Shown here piece after piece: positions 48,301 through 55,516 of a DNA stretch of 64,000 bases. This DNA comes from Methanobacteriota archaeon. GTDB taxonomy: Archaea; Thermoplasmatota; Poseidoniia; Poseidoniales; Poseidoniaceae. The first letter of the stretch is position 1, and every line of letters begins with the position of its first letter. The position numbers and the translations under genes are program-made. Under the pieces are notes generated by a model, which had not been told where the DNA came from, made no database searches, and saw only the letters and a program-made list of their open reading frames with translations. The DNA lies in the NCBI GenBank assembly GCA_018691345.1, contig JABGTJ010000112.1:242-64241 (forward strand). The letters are read 5' to 3'.

Positions 48301-50301
48301 TCAGTGTACAATCTCACAATCACGGCAATCAATGCGACGACTGGAGTTGTGTATAACTTGCACACAGTGCAACTTCTCATTCAACCGCTGTTCATAGTCG
48401 AGTCGTCAGACTGGCCTTCAGTGATGGAGTTCCAACCAAAATCAACGCGCACTTGGGAAGTCACGCTCACCAACACCGGTAACAAGGATGTCACTGTGAA
48501 TGCTGTGTATGCGATTACACGGCCTGGTCTCAGTAATCTGTCGACGGATTGGGAAATGATTACACAACCATCGCTCATTGTTTTACCTCGCAACACACAA
48601 GTCGTTCACACGTTTACCGCAGTTGGGACAATCAACCAACCTCTGCTCTCTTTGACTGCGGATTTGACACTTTTCCTTGACCCAACTGAATCGGAAGTTG
48701 AGGGCAGTGGTGAATTCACAACTCAATTGGTCATGTCGAGGTTCTTTACGACTGGCGATATTGGGATTGAACCAGATATCAACAGTGATTTTGTTAATGT
48801 GTTTTTGCCATACACGAACATTCCAACCGGTAACGGCAGCGAAGTTGCGTACATGGTCGAACTCTGCGACTCAAAACGTTTGTTGAATCTTGAAGCCATG
48901 GGTCTCTCCGAGTTTGAATATTCGTGGAACTTCACGCTCTTCGTCGACAAGTTCGATGGAAGTTCAGATGAATACCCACTCAACCTTGATCAGGAATGTG
49001 GCGCATCGTCTCTCGGACCAACTAATCGATATAACCTCCTCGAACTCGATGCTTGGAATCCATCCAGTATTCGTATTCAAGCAGAAACTCCAACGAAAGG
49101 GTTCATTCTGCCCGGCGACGGATGGGACCTCACATTCCGACTTTATCACCCAGATGAAAACAACGGTTACACCGTTTACGATGAGGAAACTTTTTCCTTG
49201 GTTTTAGCAGTCTTTGCCGACCCAATGATCAAGGCCATGTCCTCAAGTGGGACGTTCAAAGAAGGCACTGAAAGCACCATAACGGTCGTTGTTCAGAACG
49301 TCGGTTCAGCTACTGCACTCGACGTCGTTGTCGACTTGCAGTGTGAAGGGCTGACCATCTCAAACCTTGCGTCCGAACGTCCTGCGCTCTTGAACCGTTC
49401 AGTTTCAAGCGGACTTAACTATTCGATGATTCCATTCTTCTTCGCCACCCAAGAACGAACGTTCACCTGGACCGTAACTGCTGAGTCCATCGATTGGTGG
49501 TCTCAGCGTTCTGAGGCAACTTGTGTAGCGACACTGAATGCTTCATTCATGCAAAACAACGTTGTTGAAAACGACCAGTTGACGTTGAAGGAAGATGTCA
49601 TCTCTTGGTCACCCGGAGTCTCGAGCAGTTTCGTTGCTGCAGTCACTTGTTTACTCGTTTCCATGATTCTGTTCCGGTTAACTTCGCAAAATGACAACTT
49701 CCGCCTCTTGGCCATCTACGCTGGCGTCATTGGCTTCGGTTTCTCATTCCATGTATTCCAGTTCGCATGGTGGGGCTTTGTAGTTTTGACTCTCGCAGCA
49801 TTATGGATTTGGAGAATGACATGGAAGAGCACAGATGAGTTCCGTCTCCTTCACGAGGATTACCAGCGTGCTCGAAGAGGTATCTCCACACTGTATGCTG
49901 ATCATTTCGAAGAGCTTGCAAGCAGTCGCCGACAACTCCGAACAATTCTCGGCATGCCAGTTCTTGGAATGCTAGCCATCATTCTTGGAATCCCTCCAAT
50001 GCTCACTGAAGACCGAACAAACGTCGTCAGTATCGCAGCCTATGTCATTGTCGTCATGGCTGGAGTTTGGTACCTCATCAACCGTGCCAACAACATGTAC
50101 GGTGCGCTTTATGGACGCCTCACAGACATTGAAGTCAAAGCAATTCGTATCGAGCGTGACCTGAGCGACCCTGCTCGATTATTCAACGAACTCGCTGGCG
50201 ATGGATTGAACCTGGAGGATATCTTTGGAGCCGTTGAGGCATCTCAGCCATTAACTCCAGAACATCTTTATTCAACTGAGGAGGTGAATGATGATGCCTG
50301 A
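45301..50301 (+). CDS. Giant (1,666 aa) surface protein: tandem Ig-like/CARDB domains plus about 5 C-terminal TM helices
   Basis: Signal peptide; repeated (V/I)xNxG motifs (VTNSG, VKNTG, IENTG, FANTG, IVNTG, IINLG, LTNTG, VQNVG); many N-x-S/T sequons; C-terminal 3 TM + charged helix + 2 TM + tail. Confidence 0.88.
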   Translation: MTLLREHANRQTLLAALLVALFVLPMYLPLANADDTEDTSTASGRAILDFYFRNPLQLSNSGSAVIGSSLFLEPGEHIVTANISATGSGNDELWLVLQHKGSPSLGFADVKSISMGSVNGASGQVDLTPISFSWNATNGAGQELRVKIVSTKETGNDLLNNIQDVGFSFSVENKHLGELMTNTFPADSPINNRISLPNAISTLNTTVTNSGVKPISATMTIVLRDNSTPANVVTVLSNTVLLQPGSHPVSSATLQESGVLSASVDAQALTGVWNISASVKFDGTSWTETIVFRESWVKFSDYNAIVIEPVTLVVEPGDATAITFVVKNTGSATDLFTISVTQNKPWADVNSASFGATLPAGSIRLITLDVNVPANAVRSETDKITITFTSVNSPDNYQISGVGRVMVGDFFRGEVSLIEGATTKTINPGGQAQYIAQIENTGSVTTTYTLATGLSVSTLNWTWEVSPSITPPVSSGDTTQVVVTLTAPAIQNPIVTSEYNMAGDELDVWIQCQPIGGGVPSQDTAPIEVSPVIVVDPGIDLEPQHIPVEKIKQTLTGTQLVENIDLNMRVIHNLPTMLTETLNATLTTSKSFTALNEGGFGEAERWSVSVSNPIYTGLTPGDSMNTTLDIIGPQANQYPVAGTFAASLTITPTLSQALVGSGVTAVPLTRNYTLVIPQVITGDFLDAGPYDIPVGVDNIIPMRFANTGNDVGSYRLRVVDNLPDNWTANFSGTDQNISNLTADIADGTLDGSTGNAAHIQVVSFNIRTDPLAPAGLNQPITVRIEDPVSGLLIGSEHVFYVVVGQIFNGSLTPTNQSLELDLSESTFTSITIVNTGNAPTDYEVWLDNSLAGDVEFKIESPSSSSIFIAAGYEETIRVEMNANDEADSDGFYMTTVWVSANNGQILLSANVVANITENHSIGITAPEQMAVTPGQIEQVDFDIINLGNLQETVGINLTVEGNISLSMYQLTQTIPIDGTYSDSVNVAIPSLGGTDTLVQGSVYNLTITAINATTGVVYNLHTVQLLIQPLFIVESSDWPSVMEFQPKSTRTWEVTLTNTGNKDVTVNAVYAITRPGLSNLSTDWEMITQPSLIVLPRNTQVVHTFTAVGTINQPLLSLTADLTLFLDPTESEVEGSGEFTTQLVMSRFFTTGDIGIEPDINSDFVNVFLPYTNIPTGNGSEVAYMVELCDSKRLLNLEAMGLSEFEYSWNFTLFVDKFDGSSDEYPLNLDQECGASSLGPTNRYNLLELDAWNPSSIRIQAETPTKGFILPGDGWDLTFRLYHPDENNGYTVYDEETFSLVLAVFADPMIKAMSSSGTFKEGTESTITVVVQNVGSATALDVVVDLQCEGLTISNLASERPALLNRSVSSGLNYSMIPFFFATQERTFTWTVTAESIDWWSQRSEATCVATLNASFMQNNVVENDQLTLKEDVISWSPGVSSSFVAAVTCLLVSMILFRLTSQNDNFRLLAIYAGVIGFGFSFHVFQFAWWGFVVLTLAALWIWRMTWKSTDEFRLLHEDYQRARRGISTLYADHFEELASSRRQLRTILGMPVLGMLAIILGIPPMLTEDRTNVVSIAAYVIVVMAGVWYLINRANNMYGALYGRLTDIEVKAIRIERDLSDPARLFNELAGDGLNLEDIFGAVEASQPLTPEHLYSTEEVNDDA

Positions 50302-51376
50302 TGAAGAAATTGTCGACCCTTCCCTCGAGGAAAAAACTCTGGATGAAATGCCTCAGTTTGAAGAGGAAGAACAGCCGTCCTCGGTTGAAGCCGACAACAC
50401 GGCTGTGAATTCTTCTCTTAGCTCTGGAGTTCAAACAGAAGAGGTAGCCAATGAGGCTCCTCCAATGCCTCCAATGCCCCCTTCTTCATCCCAGCCACAG
50501 CGTCCATTGCCCCGTGATATGGAAACAATGGTTCTCGGTATCGCTCACGATGATACGAATTCTCTTGCAGGCACTGAACTTGAAATCAGTGAAGCAAAAA
50601 GCTTCTTGCAATCTCACAAACTCAGCCGTGCTTTATCAAGCGTCAATAAGGCAGAATCATCGTTAACCGTACTTGAAGAAGATGTTTTGTACCTACGTCG
50701 TAACATTGCAATGCTCCATCGGTTGCTCAATGAAAAGAAAGTCAGCGAGAATGATATTGAAACGATTCTTCTTCGATTGCGAAGTGCAACTGGTGCAGCT
50801 GAAATTGGTGATGTCGGTGGTGCTGCAGGTGAAGTTGAATTCCTTGTTGACGATTTGATTGGTGGAAACACTTCAACCCTCAACCCGTTCTTATTCCGAC
50901 ATTTCTGGATGGGCTTGGAAACACGCTGGCCTGCTGGCGGTGACGAGGGCGTCTTGGTCGTCCGCATCATTAACGACGGTCCTGTGGCAATGCCGCCAAT
51001 GCGCCTCTCTCCGCCGGTGCCTGATGGATGGGCTTCCACGCCTTCATCGGTTGACCTTCCAACAATTGCTCCGGGTGGTAACTTACCTGTCCGGTTTAAC
51101 GTGTCAGCAAATCGCCGTTACGGTGCAGACGAAATACCGTTATCTCGTAAATTAGCAATAACCACCGGATATGAAATCCGTACCGGTGAAGTTTTTGTCA
51201 CCATTCGTGCACAGAACCGTTCAATGGAACCTCTTGCAGACATCCTCCTCTCACCTTGGTTCCCGCCGGGTTACACCGCAGATGCAGTTCCATTCGTGGA
51301 ACGTCTTGCTCCAGACGAAGTGGCAATTATTCGAATTCCACTTCGTATCACAATGAGTTCAGGAGGTTCTTCTTAA
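50288..51376 (+). CDS. Cytoplasmic hypothetical protein (acidic/Pro-rich N-terminus, helical bundle, two Ig-like domains)
   Basis: GAGGTGA RBS; overlaps the upstream stop; no signal peptide or TM; VVRIINDG...LPVRF and VTIRAQN...LAPDEVAIIRIPL beta-sandwich-like segments. Confidence 0.75.
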   Translation: MMMPDEEIVDPSLEEKTLDEMPQFEEEEQPSSVEADNTAVNSSLSSGVQTEEVANEAPPMPPMPPSSSQPQRPLPRDMETMVLGIAHDDTNSLAGTELEISEAKSFLQSHKLSRALSSVNKAESSLTVLEEDVLYLRRNIAMLHRLLNEKKVSENDIETILLRLRSATGAAEIGDVGGAAGEVEFLVDDLIGGNTSTLNPFLFRHFWMGLETRWPAGGDEGVLVVRIINDGPVAMPPMRLSPPVPDGWASTPSSVDLPTIAPGGNLPVRFNVSANRRYGADEIPLSRKLAITTGYEIRTGEVFVTIRAQNRSMEPLADILLSPWFPPGYTADAVPFVERLAPDEVAIIRIPLRITMSSGGSS

Positions 51377-51430
51377 CTCAGTCCGTTTCCACCCTTTATG
51401 GGGGATAAAAAATAAAAAATGGTGAAAAAA

Positions 51431-51982
51431 ATGAAAAAAAATACGAACGAAAAAAGCGATAATATCGCTGCAATTGGTATCGGTGCAATGATTGTGTTCA
51501 TTGCCCTGATTTTGGTTGCGGCGGTTGCAGCAGCGGTGATTATTCAAACCGCTGAGAAATTGCAACAAAATGCACAAACAACCGGTGATGAAACAACGTC
51601 TTTGCTGTCCTCGAAAGTGGTCATCAAGAACGTCTTGATTCCATCCGCTGGGGCTTTGTACATTACCTTTGAACTGGCCCCGGGATCTGACCCGATTGAC
51701 CCATCAAACATTGACTGGTCAATTGTGTGCGCTGACGGCGTTGACTACGGCAACTTTGCAACAGCAACAACTGTTGGTGACCAAACTGCAGTCAACCCAC
51801 TCACTCCTGGTGCTACGTTTGACGTGGTTCTTACTGCCGCAGGTGCTGGTGGACTCTTAGACGAGTGCGCTCCAAGTGCTAACGAAGACCACACGCTTGC
51901 AATCCAATCTGGTGCAGGTGGATTCACATACGAAGTTCTGAATTATGGAGCCGATGTTTCTGCGGGGGCGAAAGTCATATGA
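51431..51982 (+). CDS. flaB: Archaellin (archaeal flagellin) 1
   Basis: AIGIGAMIVFIALILVAAVAAAVIIQTAEKLQQ archaellin N-terminal helix; LAPGSDPID motif; GGTGA RBS before ATG 51431. Confidence 0.95.
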   Translation: MKKNTNEKSDNIAAIGIGAMIVFIALILVAAVAAAVIIQTAEKLQQNAQTTGDETTSLLSSKVVIKNVLIPSAGALYITFELAPGSDPIDPSNIDWSIVCADGVDYGNFATATTVGDQTAVNPLTPGATFDVVLTAAGAGGLLDECAPSANEDHTLAIQSGAGGFTYEVLNYGADVSAGAKVI

Positions 51983-52647
51983 AGTCCAACACCCGTAACG
52001 ATATTCAAGAAGACAAAATCGCTGCCATCGGTATCGGTGCAATGATTGTCTTTATCGCTTTGATTTTGGTTGCAGCTGTAGCTGCAGCAGTTATTATTCA
52101 AACTGCTGAAAAACTTCAACAAAACGCACAAACTACCGGTGACGATACTGCTGATAACATGGCAGGTAAACTTCTGGTTCAACAAGGCTTTGTTGCTACT
52201 GGCGGCAATGGAGGTTCTCCAGCCATCATGACTCCGGAAGAAGCGTACATGTTCTTTGTACGTCTCGCACCTGGTAGCGAACCTGCACCAATCAACGAGA
52301 TTACCTTCCAGTTCTTCTGTGACAACGGTGTCCGTGAAGGTACCATCGGCGACCCTGCTGGACCAGCAGTTGCTGCTGGTGCAGTCGCACTGATGGATGT
52401 TGTTGATCCAACAAACGCAGCGCAGTTGCTTGATTCCACTACTGGAATTATGCAACCTTCCACAGGCTATGTCATGTGGATTGATGCGAACGGCGGACAA
52501 GTCGGAGCAGCTAACCTTGGCCTAAACGATTGCAGTCCTGACAGCGGAGATTCCAAAGTCGAGATGTACATCCACGTCGGAAGCGGAGGAACAACCTTCG
52601 CAACCCTCGATATTGGAACGACAACTTCGGGTTCACTGGTTATCTGA
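51979..52647 (+). CDS. flaB: Archaellin (archaeal flagellin) 2
   Basis: Identical N-terminal helix; LAPGSEPAP; ATGA overlap with archaellin 1. Confidence 0.95.
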   Translation: MKSNTRNDIQEDKIAAIGIGAMIVFIALILVAAVAAAVIIQTAEKLQQNAQTTGDDTADNMAGKLLVQQGFVATGGNGGSPAIMTPEEAYMFFVRLAPGSEPAPINEITFQFFCDNGVREGTIGDPAGPAVAAGAVALMDVVDPTNAAQLLDSTTGIMQPSTGYVMWIDANGGQVGAANLGLNDCSPDSGDSKVEMYIHVGSGGTTFATLDIGTTTSGSLVI

Positions 52648-52653
52648 TTACGA

Positions 52654-52695
52654 CTAAGGGTGCCGATGCCGAAAGGCAACACTGCCCTTAGGAGG
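52654..52695 (+). promoter_or_regulatory. Intergenic RNA stem-loop (CTAAGGG/CCCTTAG base, TGCC-GAAA-GGCA apex) overlapping the AGGAGG RBS of the next gene
   Basis: Inverted repeats are directly visible; the GNRA tetraloop is at 52671-52674 and the RBS at 52690-52695. Confidence 0.6.
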
Positions 52696-52702
52696 TTCTA
52701 TT

Positions 52703-53551
52703 ATGGCATGGCCATTTAGCGGAAACGCAGATAAAAACAGAGATGCAGATGCAGACCTTACGGAGGAACGACTGAAGATTATGGCAAACATTGCCATTGA
52801 ACAAGTCCCTCTTCCAGAAGAAGGAGAGCTCAGCGAAGACGATGCATGGACGATCAGTCCAAGTCCGACACGGGCTCGTATGAACAGCGTTGGAAGTGTT
52901 CCAACAGTAGCGGCAACTCTTGCCCCTTCAACACCTGTTCCTGTGAGTACGACCGTCGACACTTCTGGATTGGAACGTCTTATTAGCAGTCGCCTTGACA
53001 TGGTCGAGGACGTTTTGCGGATGGTTGAAGTCCGATTAGATACTCCTCATTCAGCCCCTGCAATGGACGCTGAAGGAAATCCGGTTATGAATGCTGAATC
53101 TATGGACGGAGGGTCCATGATGGGTGGAGACACCATCGTCACTGCAAGTGGCGAAGTAATCTCCGCCTCCGGAATGGATCGTCTAAAGAGCGTTGATGAA
53201 GCCCCTCTCGTTGAACTTTACGAAGCGCAAGCACTTGCTGCGAATCCTTTCTTGCACGCGCCCTCAACCGGCGCTACAACGAAGGCGAATCAAGTCGGTG
53301 CACCTACCGTTTCAGCTTTACTTCTGGACAGTATGTCTGGGATGGCTGCGGTTAGTTTCGCTCAGAAAGCAATGTCTTCAGGAATGTTATCTGAACAAGA
53401 AGGACGAGCAGTCCTGGCAATTGTTCAACTGGCAGCACCTGGTGAATCCGAAGCGGCTTTAGACGACCATCTATCGCACAAGGAATTGTTGGTTTTCTCT
53501 TCGTTAATCAGTTCATGGCGTGAAGTGCAGTCACTTCGAGGTGAACTCTGA
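52703..53551 (+). CDS. Archaellum accessory protein in the ArlC/D/E slot (highly diverged ArlD/E-like)
   Basis: Position between archaellins and arlF; soluble, acidic and low-complexity; C-terminal GMLSEQ...LSHKELLVFSSLISSW loosely resembles the ArlD/E LSxxDHxxSLxFI motif. Confidence 0.55.
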   Translation: MAWPFSGNADKNRDADADLTEERLKIMANIAIEQVPLPEEGELSEDDAWTISPSPTRARMNSVGSVPTVAATLAPSTPVPVSTTVDTSGLERLISSRLDMVEDVLRMVEVRLDTPHSAPAMDAEGNPVMNAESMDGGSMMGGDTIVTASGEVISASGMDRLKSVDEAPLVELYEAQALAANPFLHAPSTGATTKANQVGAPTVSALLLDSMSGMAAVSFAQKAMSSGMLSEQEGRAVLAIVQLAAPGESEAALDDHLSHKELLVFSSLISSWREVQSLRGEL

Positions 53552-53552
53552 T

Positions 53553-54257
53553 ATGGGTGCTTCGGCAGGAATTGGCGGTCTCATAATTGGGATTGCAATG
53601 TTGATGGTCTTTACAATGGCCATATCATCATTTGATGCTCAAGTTGCAACCGGATTGGATGCAATAGAGAGCGCTTCAGTTCCTGACCCGAGTTTTACCA
53701 TTGACGATGTTAATCTTGAACAGCATGTCATTCATGAAGTTTCGATAACTGCTGCGAATCGAGGTACAGGTTACGTTGATGGGATTTTGAGAGCGAACGT
53801 TGGTTCGGACGAATGTGGTGGATTTTCCGCTACCTTCTCGACAACAGGTGGAGAAATTGATGTAGGAAACGTGGTTATCACCAACCATGGTTTCTGCCCT
53901 GATTCATCCACACCGACTTGGACGATTTTTGATACGTCACTCGTTGTTCAAACACCCACATCAGTTGCTAATTTCTCATCGCCTGTGTTCCGGCAATACA
54001 TCTATGCAAACATCACAAACCATGGTGAAGACCTTCTAAAGACGGACGACATTTGGGTATTCTATAACGGGGAAGAGCCTGAGACGCTCACGGAATCTCA
54101 AGACTCAACACGGTCTGAGATTTCTGGAGTCGGTACCAATTGGTACTCTGGGCAAACCATCCCGTTGTTTTGGGATGGCGAATCGAGTTTGAATACCGAA
54201 TATGAGCGATTGGCATTCACAGCCGGTCCGACTACATTGGTGCGATCCACATCTTGA
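53553..54257 (+). CDS. flaF: Archaellum stator protein ArlF (FlaF), with an internal insertion
   Basis: MGASAGIGGLIIG N-terminal TM; YANITNHG, VFYNGE, NWYSGQT motifs; position before arlG; GAGGTGA RBS. Confidence 0.75.
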   Translation: MGASAGIGGLIIGIAMLMVFTMAISSFDAQVATGLDAIESASVPDPSFTIDDVNLEQHVIHEVSITAANRGTGYVDGILRANVGSDECGGFSATFSTTGGEIDVGNVVITNHGFCPDSSTPTWTIFDTSLVVQTPTSVANFSSPVFRQYIYANITNHGEDLLKTDDIWVFYNGEEPETLTESQDSTRSEISGVGTNWYSGQTIPLFWDGESSLNTEYERLAFTAGPTTLVRSTS

Positions 54258-54267
54258 GGTTTTTATC

Positions 54268-54774
54268 ATGGCAGATGGCGGAGTTTCAACTTACATCATG
54301 CTGATTACTGCATTGCTGGTTTCCAGTTCTGTCAGTGCAGTTTTGATACAAGAATGGTCCTCTACATCACGAGTGATTCAACAGCAACAACGCGGAATGC
54401 AGTTCTCAGAAGAGTTAGGTATCGATTTTGCTGGAGACCCCATGAATGTCCACATCGACCGCACTACAACTCCCGATGAAATCACGTTCTATGTACTGAA
54501 CACTGGTGAACATCGAATGGATGAAGATCAAATGGAAATTCTCATCGATGGCCAGGTTATTCCGAATACAGGAGTATCAACATCCTTTGTAGGTACCCCC
54601 GCACCGTTGGCGTGGGATTCGAACGTGCTGATGGAAATCGTCTTGTCGAATACTTCATTTAACTCCCTCACAGACAATACCGATCTCAGTGTTTTTGTAA
54701 CCGTTAATTCCGAGGAAGTAGCAGGAATCACAAGCAGTGCAAGTTTCAACAACGAGGTGCGTTTGAATGGATGA
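54268..54774 (+). CDS. flaG: Archaellum protein ArlG (FlaG)
   Basis: N-terminal TM IMLITALLVSSSVSAVL; IDFAGDP; FYVLNTG; ILIDG. Confidence 0.85.
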   Translation: MADGGVSTYIMLITALLVSSSVSAVLIQEWSSTSRVIQQQQRGMQFSEELGIDFAGDPMNVHIDRTTTPDEITFYVLNTGEHRMDEDQMEILIDGQVIPNTGVSTSFVGTPAPLAWDSNVLMEIVLSNTSFNSLTDNTDLSVFVTVNSEEVAGITSSASFNNEVRLNG

Positions 54775-55507
54775 ATACGTTAAGGAAGATCCTTTCATTA
54801 CCGCACACAAACCGAAGGAAGACGGTTTCCCGTACGAACTGGAAACTGATTCACTCGCTGACTCGATGGGGCTGCGAATGCCAAATCGCTCTCTGTATGT
54901 ATTACAGGGGGAAGTCGGTGGTGGAAAGTCACTCCTTTCTCAACGCCTTGCTTTTGGACTTGCTGAAAATGGAGTCAAGGTTTTGGTTATTACCACTGAA
55001 TTAACCACACGAGGATGGATTGAGCAAATGGAATCTCTGGGCTACGGTGTCACTGACTCCATTCGGGAAGGAAAACTCTTGGTGTTCAGTCGATTCGGAA
55101 CCATTGCGGAATCTTTACCAAATGTTGGTCTTGAAGAAGTCTTAGAATCAGAAGCAATTGAACTGGCAGACGTGGTCATTATTGATTCTGCAAGTTCAAT
55201 CATGCCTGAGAATCTTGACGATACGAGTCGATTCCAATTGATGCAAAAGTTGCGTCAAGTTTGTTCCCACGGTCGTTCATTGATGCTTTGCGTTGACCCC
55301 GAAGAAATGGATCACAAGTTAATGCACACCTTACGAGCATCTGCAGAAGTTGTTCTTGATCTGAAAACGGCAATGATTGGCGGTGAAATTAAGCGAAACA
55401 TTGTCATCACCCGTTTCCTGAGAGCAGCAGGACCTATTCAAACATCCATCGGATGGCGTGTGGAACCCGGAATGGGCTTCATCGTAGATATTACGGCGGT
55501 TAGCTGA
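54767..55507 (+). CDS. flaH: Archaellum RecA/KaiC-like ATPase ArlH (FlaH)
   Basis: GEVGGGKSLLSQRLAFG, TTELT, IEQMESLGY, IIDS, RVEPGMG. Confidence 0.93.
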   Translation: MDEYVKEDPFITAHKPKEDGFPYELETDSLADSMGLRMPNRSLYVLQGEVGGGKSLLSQRLAFGLAENGVKVLVITTELTTRGWIEQMESLGYGVTDSIREGKLLVFSRFGTIAESLPNVGLEEVLESEAIELADVVIIDSASSIMPENLDDTSRFQLMQKLRQVCSHGRSLMLCVDPEEMDHKLMHTLRASAEVVLDLKTAMIGGEIKRNIVITRFLRAAGPIQTSIGWRVEPGMGFIVDITAVS

Positions 55508-55516
55508 TGAGGTGTT

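Noticed and set aside
51434..51441. A8 homopolymer right after the archaellin 1 start as a phase-variation switch
   Set aside because: The gene is in frame, and A-rich Lys/Asn codons are expected in class III signal peptides; there is no evidence of length variation without reads.
51465..52145. Identical archaellin N-termini as recent duplication or gene conversion
   Set aside because: The protein identity comes with many synonymous differences, which fits purifying selection on the filament core helix.
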